DNA from: Synechococcus sp.
GTDB lineage: Bacteria > Cyanobacteriota > Cyanobacteriia > Thermostichales > PCC-7336
Assembly (NCBI GenBank): GCA_051439605.1
Contig: JBFRWN010000039.1
Location: 1-64,000, forward strand
Length of the DNA: 64,000 nucleotides
Direction of reading: 5' to 3'
Shown here: positions 1-9,812 of the stretch, in pieces
Position numbering within the stretch: position 1 is the stretch's first letter
Layout: every line of letters begins with the position of its first letter
Position numbers and translations under genes: made by a program
The notes under the pieces: generated by a model
Database searches by the model: none
Told to the model about the DNA's origin: nothing
What the model saw: only the letters and a program-made list of their open reading frames with translations

Positions 1-380
1 GGCATGCTGCTGGCTTCAAGAACTGTTCTTATCCTAAACCGACCTTTAAGAACTGTTGCGGGGCTGCCATGTTCTGTTGAGCGATCTGTTGTTGCAGTTT
101 TGGATTGGTCTGGGAGTAGAGGAACACATTCAATTCCTGGAACGCGCAAACTGTTGTCAGGTTATGAAAAACGGTATGGTTCATCCCGAGGTAACACTTT
201 CGGTCAGGCATAATAGTTTCAATTCCTTACCAAATAAGCTTTCGCACAATCAGATCTCCGATCGGACTGTTGCCCTATCTTTGAGGTAGTTGAACCATGC
301 TGCTTCGATAGCCCATGCCATTGACAGTGTTACAGCTTGAAGTGATGTCTCTGAAATAATTTCCACCACTATCGTTGTCG

Positions 381-848
381 CTACAGGCCTCCCGGTAACC
401 AGTATTCCTCCAACACCTCGATCGCCTCATCCTGAAAATCAGATCGATCATCAAATGCCAAAACCTCTAAAAAGGCAACGATCGCAGCCTTTTGCGCTGC
501 CGTTAATCCTGCAAAGCGATCGAGATTGTTACCAGTCGGTCTCAACGAAAAGAGAATGCCCTCCACAATTAATGCTGACTTCGGGGAGGATTCTGAGCTG
601 GCATGGCGCAGGGCAAAATCAATTAGCCGGGGAAGGTAATGACGCCAGGAGAGCGGATCGAGGTGGCAGAGAGCCCAGTATGCAAATTGCTCGATATAGG
701 TATCTGTAGGCTCGTCGATATGGACGTCGTACTCTGGAGGACTGTCGTAGCCGTCAATTGCATCCCCTGCCCGCAAGGACATTGGCGGCGGTGTATCTGC
801 TTCATGACGAAAAGCAGCATAAGCCCGCTGGACGAGATCGGAGTTCAT
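381..848 (-). CDS. Conserved hypothetical protein (DUF6714-like)
   Basis: ORF with ATG at 848 (MNSDLV...); motif LDPLSWRHYLPRLI resembles the DUF6714 family as recalled; same strand, downstream of the DUF4132 gene. Confidence 0.6.
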   Translation of the reverse strand: MNSDLVQRAYAAFRHEADTPPPMSLRAGDAIDGYDSPPEYDVHIDEPTDTYIEQFAYWALCHLDPLSWRHYLPRLIDFALRHASSESSPKSALIVEGILFSLRPTGNNLDRFAGLTAAQKAAIVAFLEVLAFDDRSDFQDEAIEVLEEYWLPGGL

Positions 849-917
849 GACAGGAAATTCAGGATTGCGATAGAAGCCGCCAATCCTCATGATGGTTGCA
901 CCTACCGCGATCACCAA

Positions 918-3458
918 TCAAAGTTCGATCTGATTCAGAATCGCTCGATCCTTGATGCGAGTGTCATCAGCCAGCAAAAAGGCTTTGCTGAGAATCACGG
1001 CCAGAGTTTTATCCCCCTCAAAGGGTAAAAACAGCTTGTTGGTGGCGCTAACACCTGCCTTGCTGACGATACAGAGGTATTGGTCGTTGGGTTCCATTAG
1101 GATATTGCTGCTGCCCAAATGGATTCTGTAGGTGCGAATGTCCCCCTTGACCACTAAAAAGCGATCTTGGAACGAGCAGCGATCGCGAATCTTCTTCAGT
1201 TTGGGAACCAACGTCTCCAGCACCTGCCGTCGAGTTTGAGCCGTAACCGATAGCTCCCCAAACGAATAGCTCTGCCAGTAGTTGACGTGTCGCCCCTCCG
1301 GTCCCCCATCCGCCCAATTGGGGTCGTTTCCCACACTGGCTACCCCAACGAACAGATCCACATCCCGCATCACTTCCGAGAACACGAGCGCCGGAATCTC
1401 CTCTAAAGGAACGGGCGAGGGCTCGCTGTTGCGATCGCCGTAGAGACTTGAAGAATAGTCTCCGCATCCAGCTTGGGCATAGTTTTCTGCAGAGTCAGTC
1501 GGGTAAAACCGTACCTGGTCTGTGGACAGATAAAGGTAAGTGCCAGTGTCGTTGGTGTCGATGCCGTATTGGTCGCCAATCCCTTCAATCCAAAATTCCG
1601 CCCGCAACCCCCAGCTAGGCAGCAGCAATCTAGCGGGTAGATAGCAGTCATCCACCATCAGTCGCAGTTGGTTCTTCCAGCCCCGCTGTCTGCAGAGGGC
1701 ATTGAACTGGTGCTGCTTGAGAATGTGAGCCGCAAAGCGGTTGGAATAAACACGGGTGGTTTCTTCGGCGGGGGTCAGCAGGTAAATCTCGCGATGGGCC
1801 TGCTTGAAGGGCTGCTGAATTTCCCGTTCTAGCAACCAGTTGCGCCACGCCTGAATACTCTGGGGAGCGGCGGCGATCGGATGCCAGAGCCTGACTTGGG
1901 TACTGTTATTCAGCCAGTCAATGGGTTGGCTATTCAGATTCACCAGTTGTCCGTCCAGCCAAATGCCGACTGCATGATGCAGTGCTTCGGACTCCCCGCT
2001 CGACTCAAACTGCCACAGCATGCGCCTTGCCAGTGTCCCCACCAGCGGATGGTTCAGATATCGCTGCTGCCAAGTGGCAAAGTCCCAAGTTTTTTGCTGC
2101 AGGTAGAGGGATTCAATGCGATCGCGTTGAGCTGGCAGCATCTTCTGGATATCTTGGGCCGCTAGTTTGAGTTCCTTTAGCGCGTCGGCGTAATGGTCTT
2201 TGACGGCTTTGGGCACGGACTTTTGCAATTTTCCGTCGGGCTTGATCCAGCGCAACATAGTACTGCTGGTGCCAGTCACGACCAATTCAGCGGTAAAGTC
2301 CCCTAACGGTTCTCGGCGGATACCCACCTCCGCCAGTCCGTAACTGGGAACAGCAAGTTCTTCAATCTCTTCGCGGGGTAACTCTTCCCGTTCGGCAGCG
2401 GCGGTGAGGGCTTTTTCGATGCCCTTCTGGGCGGTGCCAAATTTCACCTTCACTTTCAGCAGTGCTAGTTGGGCGATCGCCTCGCGAGTAGGCATCTGCC
2501 CTAGCGCCCACACGCAGGCATTCCCCAGCTTGATGCAGCGGGGACCGATGCCGGGAATTTTGCGATACGAGGAGACCGCCAGCTTGTTGAGGGCGCGGGC
2601 CACATCTACCTCAGCCAGATCGGCACACAGCCACACCAGTCCTTTGAGGATGTCAGCGTTTTGGTCGTGGAGAAAATCGCGATCGCCTCTCCAGTCATTC
2701 AGAGGTTGGGTACGGGGGCGATCGACCAGGGGAAACCACTCCAACATCGATTGTTGGAAGCTGTCGAGTCCGATAGTTTGGCGGTGGGGTTTTGCTGCCT
2801 TGAGCCATTTGGCGGAGGGTTTGCCGCCGGAGGTGCCAGCGCACTCTTCCAAGAGGTGAAGCCAGGGCGATCGCTGGTCTTCAGACAATGCTTTCAACTG
2901 CGCGATCGCCCGATCGGACCAAGCTTCCCCTGGCTGAATGGCCAGTGTTTCTTGATAGGACGATATCAGCCGCCTCAGTTCGGTGATATGTTTGCGCTCG
3001 TAGTACCACCGGTCCAGGCTGTTGCAAGTTTGGGCAATTTTGTCCCGCAATTCTGGTGCGAGCGGATTGTCTTTCAGATAGTTGCGCACCAGATTTTTAA
3101 TCGGAGCCACCCCCATCCACCACGATTGACGTTCCACCTGCAATGCTTCTAGAAATTCCACCACCTCCTCAGCAGTGAAGGGCAGCTTGCGCTTTAAGAT
3201 TGCGAACATCGCCTCCAGCACGCGATCGGAGAGATAGCGGTTCAGTTTGGTGCTCTGAAGCCCACCCCCTCTAGACCATCGCAACATGGCGATCGCCAAC
3301 GCAGCCTGCTCCGCACGGCTCAACTTCAGGATAGTGGCGCCAATCTGAGAATTTTTGAGATGGTAGGTCTGGAATGTAAGTTCCCGACATTCATCAACGA
3401 TCGCCTGAATAAATTCGGCATGCGATTCGCTGTTGACCCGCTGTTCAGATGCGGTCAT
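918..3458 (-). CDS. DUF4132 domain-containing protein (846 aa)
   Basis: Motifs HPLVGTLARRMLW, LWHP, QPFKQAHREIY, FSEVMRDVDLFVGV and IHLGSSNILMEPNDQYLCIV; GGAGG Shine-Dalgarno 8 nt before the ATG. Confidence 0.85.
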   Translation of the reverse strand: MTASEQRVNSESHAEFIQAIVDECRELTFQTYHLKNSQIGATILKLSRAEQAALAIAMLRWSRGGGLQSTKLNRYLSDRVLEAMFAILKRKLPFTAEEVVEFLEALQVERQSWWMGVAPIKNLVRNYLKDNPLAPELRDKIAQTCNSLDRWYYERKHITELRRLISSYQETLAIQPGEAWSDRAIAQLKALSEDQRSPWLHLLEECAGTSGGKPSAKWLKAAKPHRQTIGLDSFQQSMLEWFPLVDRPRTQPLNDWRGDRDFLHDQNADILKGLVWLCADLAEVDVARALNKLAVSSYRKIPGIGPRCIKLGNACVWALGQMPTREAIAQLALLKVKVKFGTAQKGIEKALTAAAEREELPREEIEELAVPSYGLAEVGIRREPLGDFTAELVVTGTSSTMLRWIKPDGKLQKSVPKAVKDHYADALKELKLAAQDIQKMLPAQRDRIESLYLQQKTWDFATWQQRYLNHPLVGTLARRMLWQFESSGESEALHHAVGIWLDGQLVNLNSQPIDWLNNSTQVRLWHPIAAAPQSIQAWRNWLLEREIQQPFKQAHREIYLLTPAEETTRVYSNRFAAHILKQHQFNALCRQRGWKNQLRLMVDDCYLPARLLLPSWGLRAEFWIEGIGDQYGIDTNDTGTYLYLSTDQVRFYPTDSAENYAQAGCGDYSSSLYGDRNSEPSPVPLEEIPALVFSEVMRDVDLFVGVASVGNDPNWADGGPEGRHVNYWQSYSFGELSVTAQTRRQVLETLVPKLKKIRDRCSFQDRFLVVKGDIRTYRIHLGSSNILMEPNDQYLCIVSKAGVSATNKLFLPFEGDKTLAVILSKAFLLADDTRIKDRAILNQIEL

Positions 3459-3462
3459 CTCT

Positions 3463-3858
3463 CTAACCTCCCACTAATGGCACTAGCTTTAAAAAGGTCA
3501 CCGTTGTTTCCGGGGTTACCGCAATCTCTTCTTCCAGTTCCGTCACCTGTTCGTCATCCACCAGAATAATGAAGCCATTCCCTTGAAAGGCGGTGATTGC
3601 CTGCCCGAACTGTTTTTCCCAGTCGATTTGTCGGGGGTTGCGCAGTCGAAAGCCATTCAGTGTCTGTTCTGCCTCCGTCGGTTGCACCAACCCGTGAAAG
3701 TATTCTGTCTGCTTGGTGTTGTAGTTCTTGACTTCCTGGTATACACGGCTGCGAATCAATTCCCGCACCGTAATTCGCTCGGTCAAAAAATCCAGCACAA
3801 ATATCGGCCCATCCCCCCCCAGGTTGCTGGCATCGCAAATCTTTAGGCTATTGGTCAT
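3463..3858 (-). CDS. Ubiquitin/ThiS/MoaD-like small protein with C-terminal Gly-Gly
   Basis: 131 aa from ATG 3858; beta-grasp-like signature TVRELI...IILVDDEQV...VTFLKLVPLVGG-stop; stop codon 4 nt before the DUF4132 start. Confidence 0.75.
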   Translation of the reverse strand: MTNSLKICDASNLGGDGPIFVLDFLTERITVRELIRSRVYQEVKNYNTKQTEYFHGLVQPTEAEQTLNGFRLRNPRQIDWEKQFGQAITAFQGNGFIILVDDEQVTELEEEIAVTPETTVTFLKLVPLVGG

Positions 3859-4059
3859 ATCTCTCGATCGCTGTTGCAGAGCCAATCAAAAGATGCCCAA
3901 CTTCCTCTAGCTGTTGCCACCGCAGTTCAAGTCGATAAGGTAATGCCTAGTAAGGCTTCTGGATAGCTGAGATGTCTTTAGCGCAGTGACTGTTGTTCTG
4001 GCACTCTCACTCAGTAGCTTCTCGCCAATGCGATCGCCAGCTTGCGGAGCGCACCCATC

Positions 4060-4917
4060 ATGCTCACACAGAACTACACCATCCAGCCCATGACCCGCCA
4101 GCAGCTCGATCTAGCCATTGAGTGGGCTGCAGTAGAAGGCTGGAATCCAGGCTGGCACGATGCAGACTGTTTTTATTCCGCCGACCCCAATGGATTTTTG
4201 GTGGGCTTATTAGATGGCGAACCCATTGCCTCCCTATCTGCTGTTCGGTATGGAACAACCTTTGGGTTTTTGGGGTTCTACATCGTCAAGCCGGACTACC
4301 GAGGTATGGGCTACGGCTTGCAAATCTGGAATGCAGGGCTCAAATACTTGCAGGGACGTACTGTTGGGCTGGATGGCGTCGTGGCTCAACAGCCTAACTA
4401 CATCAAATCGGGATTCCAGTTAGCCCACCGAAATATTCGCTACGAGGGAGTTGGCGGCGGTATCGATCCAGCGCTAATTCAGCCAGAGGTTATTGCCCTC
4501 TCAACACTGTCACCAGACGCGATCGTTCGATACGATCGCGATTTTTTTCCTGACGATCGCACTCAATTCCTCCAATGCTGGCTGAAGCAACCCGACAGTT
4601 ATGGAGCTGCCGTTGTCGAAAGCGATCGAGTAGCTGGTTACGGACTGGCGCGCAAATGTCGAGCGGGGTACAAGATTGGTCCACTGTTTGCCAATACCCC
4701 CCAGTTCGCCTGCAATATTTTTCTGGCTCTGGTCGCTAAGGTGGAATCAGGTATACCGTTTTATCTCGATGTTCCTGAAGTGAATCCGACCGCGATTAAA
4801 CTGGCGGAACAGCACCGCATGAAGGGCATCTTTGAAACCGCCAGAATGTATATCAATTCCCAGCCCGAGCTGCCATGGGAGCGCACCTACGGCATCACCA
4901 CATTCGAGCTGGGGTGA
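4060..4917 (+). CDS. GNAT family N-acetyltransferase (tandem GNAT, YitH-like)
   Basis: EGWNPG, acetyl-CoA motif YRGMGYG, and KIGPLFA in the second domain. Confidence 0.9.
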   Translation: MLTQNYTIQPMTRQQLDLAIEWAAVEGWNPGWHDADCFYSADPNGFLVGLLDGEPIASLSAVRYGTTFGFLGFYIVKPDYRGMGYGLQIWNAGLKYLQGRTVGLDGVVAQQPNYIKSGFQLAHRNIRYEGVGGGIDPALIQPEVIALSTLSPDAIVRYDRDFFPDDRTQFLQCWLKQPDSYGAAVVESDRVAGYGLARKCRAGYKIGPLFANTPQFACNIFLALVAKVESGIPFYLDVPEVNPTAIKLAEQHRMKGIFETARMYINSQPELPWERTYGITTFELG

Positions 4918-4965
4918 CGAGGCTGATGGTTACTTATAGGAATTGCAGCCGGAGTTTCAAAACAA

Positions 4966-5730
4966 CTACAGCAAATTAAACGAGTTCAAAAATGTCGCTG
5001 CCAAGCTATTGCTTTCAATTGATTTAAGTTGACGAACCCCCACGTAATAGACCCGATCCTCTGCCACAAAGATTCGTGCAGCAATGCTCTCTTCGCTATC
5101 CAACATCTGAAGTTCGCGCCCTGGAGTTCCCTCCACTTCCGTATCCGTTTCAAGCCTCAAGTTGAATTCAGTTTCCTCGATCGCAGCATCTCGCAACGTA
5201 TCCAATAGCTGAGCATTGTCGCTATCTCCCGCAGGGCGATCGGCATAGGCCACCACAAACCGGGTAGTTGCCGAGTGCACGGCAAACACATCGAATTCCA
5301 GTTCCCCGGCCGCTGTCTCGATCCGTTCCAACTCTTCTGTCATAACCCCCATTGGGACATAAACTGAAAACCCACCTCTGCGAAATACTGCCGGTTGCCA
5401 AGCCATAAAGCCGCTGTCAAGACCAAATCCCGGAGCCGGTCGTTCCTGATTAAAACTCGCAATCTCTTCATCGAGACTGGCTTGGCTTTCTTCAAAAAAA
5501 TCGGGGCGTACCTTGCGGTTGGGGTCAACGATTGTCAGTCCTCGATCCAGGGTTTCTTCGTTGATGTTGTCGATATTGCGTCCCCCTTGAGCAACGTAAT
5601 TCTCTTCTGTCGGTAACGACTGGGCCACTCCCGATCGCCAAGCCACGGCACCGATCCCTGCTGCTGCCACCACAAGCGCAGCAATGGCTCCTGCTTTGAA
5701 GAATCCTGTCTGCGGCAGTAAATTTTTCAT
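4966..5730 (-). CDS. Hypothetical exported protein
   Basis: ATG at 5730; hydrophobic N-terminal segment AGAIAALVVAAAGIGAVAW; the C-terminal half resembles PsbP-like cyanobacterial periplasmic proteins. Confidence 0.6.
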   Translation of the reverse strand: MKNLLPQTGFFKAGAIAALVVAAAGIGAVAWRSGVAQSLPTEENYVAQGGRNIDNINEETLDRGLTIVDPNRKVRPDFFEESQASLDEEIASFNQERPAPGFGLDSGFMAWQPAVFRRGGFSVYVPMGVMTEELERIETAAGELEFDVFAVHSATTRFVVAYADRPAGDSDNAQLLDTLRDAAIEETEFNLRLETDTEVEGTPGRELQMLDSEESIAARIFVAEDRVYYVGVRQLKSIESNSLAATFLNSFNLL

Positions 5731-6110
5731 GGCTCGCACCCCGTAACAATGTTTGCTGATGTGATTGACTCTGCCATCAGTAAACAAGAATTCGCGGCGG
5801 TACACACATGAGGCCTGGTGAGAAGCGATTGCCTGCTTGGACTGCGATCGAAAGGCGTCGTTGGACATCCTCAACCTCCCTCCACGGCTATGCATTCAGG
5901 GATTTGCACCTCCGGGTTGATCGATCTGTTCATTGACAAAAGCACCAGACCTCGCGCTGTGATGTTGGACATTGAGATTAGCTGTAATTTTGCTCTGTCT
6001 GAAACCTACAACCCTTCCTAGAGGGATAACCGCAACCTCTTTCCCAGTTCAATGTGATAGATGTTAAGAATCTACAAATCTGCCCTTCGCTGACGATCTA
6101 TAACTGTCCT

Positions 6111-8210
6111 ATGGTTGCTACTCCCCCTCGCACCGAAAACCCACTGTTGATTGGCAAAGGGTTACCCCCCTTCGATCGCGTTCGACCCGAGCATGTTGTC
6201 CCCGGGATGAAGCAGCTGTTGGAAGAAGTCGAGCAGGAACTCACCGATTTGGAAGCTGCCGTTCAACCGACTTGGGAAGGGCTCGTCGAACCCCTCGATC
6301 GCCTCGCCGAACGGCTGCGCTGGAGTTGGGGCATGGTGGGTCACCTGATGGGGGTGAAAAATAGCTCGGAACTGAGAGAGGCCTATGAAACCATTCAACC
6401 CAAAGTGGTTGAGCTTTATACTCGCTTTGGCCAGAGCAAAGCCCTTTATCTGGCCTTTAAAGCCCTGCGGCAGGGGGAGGTTTGGACAGAGCTAGACGAA
6501 GCTCAGCAACGCATCGTTGAAGCGTCTCTGCGCGAAGCGGAACTGGCCGGTGTGGGGTTAGAAGGAGAAGCCCAGAAGCGCTTTAACGAAATCCAGATGG
6601 AGTTGGCCAAGCTCGCCACCGACTTCAGCAACCACGTTCTCGATGCCACTAAAGGATTTAGCCTCACCCTGACCCAACCCGAGGAAGTGGATGGGCTGCC
6701 CCCCAGCCTGCTCAGCCTCTCGGCCCAATCTGCGCGTGCAGCCGGAGAGGATAATGCCACTGCTGAAGCTGGACCCTGGCGTATTACCCTCGATTTCCCT
6801 AGTTTCGGTCCTTTCTTGAAATACAGCACCCGCCGCGATCTGCGGGAAAAAGTCTATCGAGCCTACATCACCCGTGCCTCCAGCGGAGAATTGGATAATG
6901 CTCCCCTGATCGATCGCATTTTGGAGCTGCGTCAAGAGAAAGCCAAGCTGTTAGGCTTTGATAGTTTTGCCGAGCTCAGCCTGGCCAGCAAAATGGCCCC
7001 TTCCGTAGAAGCTGTCGATCGACTGATGGAAGAGCTGCGGGTGGCCAGTTACGACGCCGCAGTCGAAGATCTCGCGAATCTTAAAGCCTTTGCTGCTGCC
7101 AAAGGTGCTGCTGAAGCTGAAGACATCAAACAGTGGGATACCAGCTTCTGGTCCGAGCGCCAACGGGAGGAGAAGTTCGCCTTCAACGCCGAAGAGCTAC
7201 GCCCCTATTTCCCTTTGCCTCGCGTTCTCGATGGTCTATTTTCCCTCTGCGATCGCCTTTTCAACGTCCAAATCGAGTCAGCCAACGGCGAAGCCCCGGT
7301 GTGGCATCCCGACGTGCAGTATTTCAAGATTTCTAAGGCGGGAGAGGCGATCGCCTATTTCTACCTAGACGCCTACAGCCGACCTGGTGAAAAGCGCGGT
7401 GGGGCCTGGATGGATGAATGCATTACCCGCGCCAAGATGACGGTCGATGGTGAGTCCACAATCCGCCTACCGGTGGCCTATCTCACCTGTAACCAGACCC
7501 CGCCGGTTGACGATAAGCCCAGCTTGATGACCTTTGGGGAAGTAGAAACCCTGTTCCACGAATTTGGTCACGGCTTGCAGCACATGCTGACCACCGTTGA
7601 TTATCCCGGTGCCGCTGGCATCAACAATGTCGAATGGGATGCGGTAGAGCTGCCCTCTCAATTTATGGAGAACTGGTGCTACCATCGCGACACCTTGTTC
7701 GGTATGGCCAAGCATTACGAGACGGGCGAGACTCTACCCGAGCATTACTACGAAAAGCTGTTGGCAGCCCGCACGTACATGAGCGGATCGGCCATGCTGC
7801 GACAGCTCAATTTCAGCATGCTAGATATCGACCTGCACCACCGCTACGATCCCAACGGAACCGAGACAGTGAATGACGTGCGCGATCGCCTAGCGGAGAA
7901 GACTACGGTGATGGATCCGCTGCCTGAAGATGCCTTCCTGTGTGCCTTCGGCCATATTTTTGCAGGCGGTTATGCTGCTGGCTACTACAGCTATAAGTGG
8001 GCGGAGGTGCTGAGCGCCGATGCCTTTGCCGCGTTTGAAGAGGCGGGCTTAGATGATGAAGCTGCTTTGCAGGAAACTGGGAGTCGATTCCGGGATACGG
8101 TGCTGTCTTTGGGGGGTGGTAAACATCCTGAGGCAGTTTTTGAAGCCTTCAGAGGTCGCGAACCTAGCACTGCAGCATTACTGCGTCATAGCGGTTTGCA
8201 TGCTGCATAG
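6111..8210 (+). CDS. prlC: Oligopeptidase A (M3 family metallopeptidase)
   Basis: NPLL N-terminus, KRGGAWM, zinc motif FHEFGHGLQH, DAVELPSQFME, GGYAAGYYSYKWAE. Confidence 0.95.
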   Translation: MVATPPRTENPLLIGKGLPPFDRVRPEHVVPGMKQLLEEVEQELTDLEAAVQPTWEGLVEPLDRLAERLRWSWGMVGHLMGVKNSSELREAYETIQPKVVELYTRFGQSKALYLAFKALRQGEVWTELDEAQQRIVEASLREAELAGVGLEGEAQKRFNEIQMELAKLATDFSNHVLDATKGFSLTLTQPEEVDGLPPSLLSLSAQSARAAGEDNATAEAGPWRITLDFPSFGPFLKYSTRRDLREKVYRAYITRASSGELDNAPLIDRILELRQEKAKLLGFDSFAELSLASKMAPSVEAVDRLMEELRVASYDAAVEDLANLKAFAAAKGAAEAEDIKQWDTSFWSERQREEKFAFNAEELRPYFPLPRVLDGLFSLCDRLFNVQIESANGEAPVWHPDVQYFKISKAGEAIAYFYLDAYSRPGEKRGGAWMDECITRAKMTVDGESTIRLPVAYLTCNQTPPVDDKPSLMTFGEVETLFHEFGHGLQHMLTTVDYPGAAGINNVEWDAVELPSQFMENWCYHRDTLFGMAKHYETGETLPEHYYEKLLAARTYMSGSAMLRQLNFSMLDIDLHHRYDPNGTETVNDVRDRLAEKTTVMDPLPEDAFLCAFGHIFAGGYAAGYYSYKWAEVLSADAFAAFEEAGLDDEAALQETGSRFRDTVLSLGGGKHPEAVFEAFRGREPSTAALLRHSGLHAA

Positions 8211-8273
8211 ATAGGCGAGACGTTCTCAACTGAATTAGCAATGACTCGAGTGTCATGCTGGAGGGTGCAAATC

Positions 8274-8316
8274 TTCAAAGAATGGCAGGCTATTGATAGG
8301 CCCACCATTCTTTGAA
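8274..8316 (+). terminator. Hairpin downstream of prlC
   Basis: Perfect 12-bp inverted repeat TTCAAAGAATGG...CCATTCTTTGAA; no clear U-tract. Confidence 0.5.
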
Positions 8317-8720
8317 CTGAATGATGGTGCCATCAATGTTGAGGCAATCGGAACGCAAACACAAGAGACAGGGATAGCCCCCTCGTTCAGTAGATGTAAG
8401 CATTTAATTTTCAAGGTATGAAGAGTCAATTATCAAGTTGGCAGATTTTGATGGATTGACTCTGTCAGAGTCTCTGTTTTATTAGAGAAATGTCTCAAAC
8501 AATTCAAACTAGGGAATAAGATGATTCTCTATATCGAAAGGAATAAAATTGTCTGTTTAGACTATTTGAGGACGTCTGTTCCTGAAAGTATGCCAGCAAC
8601 TATTGGGATATAACTTCATGAAAGCCATCAGTTCGACCCATAACTCGTTATCCTGAATTGAGGAGGAGCGATCGCCAGGCTAGTGCTGCAAGCTCTTGCA
8701 CCCCGCTTGTAAAGGAACAT

Positions 8721-9488
8721 ATGACGTATTGCTTAGGGATCATCAATCGCCACGGAATTGTCATGGCAGCCGACTCTCGCACCAACGCAGGTCCTGACTA
8801 TATCTCCACTTACAACAAAATGTTTGATCTATCCGTCCCGGGGGAGCGGGTCATTGTCTTGTGTGGTTCTGGCAATCTTTCTATTACGCAAGGGGTCTTG
8901 AATCGGATTCATCGAGAACTTGAAGGTGATTCAATCCATAACATTCACTCGCTAGAAAGCATGTTCGAGATTGCATCGTACGTTGGAAAGAAAAGCCGAG
9001 AGATTCAACAGTCCGATCGTCTTTGGTTAGAAAAAGATAAAATTGACTACAATTGCAATTTTCTTTTGGGCGGACAAATAAATGGGGAACAGCCACAGCT
9101 TTACATGATTTATACTCAAGGAAATTTTATTCAAGCAACCCGAGAAACCCCTTTCTTGCAAATTGGCGAAGTCAAGTACGGAAAGCCTATTTTGGATCGG
9201 ACAATAACTTACGATACTCCTTTGGAGGACATAGCTAAATGTGCTCTGCTTTCAATTGATTCGACCATGAAATCAAATATTACGGTTGGGCCACCCATTA
9301 ATTTAATGATGTACCGAAAAGATGATTTGAGGATACACAATAAATTAACATTGCGACTGGGCGATCCTTATTTAGCTAAAATGCGACGCCTATGGGAAAA
9401 ATCGGTGCGCCAGGCATTCGAATCTATGCCCAATGTAGAGTGGGAGCAGCCTCAGAGTGCGGAGGATGACGAAATTATTATTGATTAA
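8721..9488 (+). CDS. Proteasome-type Ntn protease (Anbu)
   Basis: Starts MTYC (Thr1 nucleophile after Met removal); DSRTNAG, FLQIGEVKYGKPILDR, SIDSTMKSNITVGPP; AAGGA RBS. Confidence 0.92.
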   Translation: MTYCLGIINRHGIVMAADSRTNAGPDYISTYNKMFDLSVPGERVIVLCGSGNLSITQGVLNRIHRELEGDSIHNIHSLESMFEIASYVGKKSREIQQSDRLWLEKDKIDYNCNFLLGGQINGEQPQLYMIYTQGNFIQATRETPFLQIGEVKYGKPILDRTITYDTPLEDIAKCALLSIDSTMKSNITVGPPINLMMYRKDDLRIHNKLTLRLGDPYLAKMRRLWEKSVRQAFESMPNVEWEQPQSAEDDEIIID

Positions 9489-9594
9489 CGACATTGAGTC
9501 GTGCTCTGTAGAGCCTTTCTTGGAGCAATTTGAACGAGAAACTCCCCCAATTATTGCTTGGGGAATGCAGAGAGAATGTTAATTCGCTGCGTGA

Positions 9595-9610
9595 TGTAGC
9601 TAATTTTACA
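9595..9610. promoter_or_regulatory. NtcA binding site
   Basis: TGTA-GCTAATTT-TACA is a perfect GTA-N8-TAC, about 200 nt upstream of the ATP-grasp gene; a weaker TGTA-N8-AACA lies at 9689-9704. Confidence 0.65.
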
Positions 9611-9812
9611 TCCTTGCTGGTTTATATCTGCTTTCACGAGCGCCGCTTCTTTTTCTTGAGAAAGATTTCATTTCACGATTCTCTGAAATGTATTGCAGGA
9701 AACAGTTTCAAGGATTTTGGTATGACACTCTAGTTGACTAAGTCAACCCTCTGTAACGTTTAATCCCGCGCAGGCTCATGTAACACAGCATCTGCTCATC
9801 CTAGAGGTAGTC

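Noticed and set aside
1..380. Short ORFs on both strands at the window edge
   Set aside because: No recognisable motifs and mutually overlapping; probably intergenic.
848..920. DUF4132 and the downstream ORF are in frame, separated by a single TGA (readthrough fusion?)
   Set aside because: DUF4132 ends at its usual C-terminal motif (I.D..IL.QI). A 23-codon open linker is unremarkable, and no SECIS or readthrough signal was seen.
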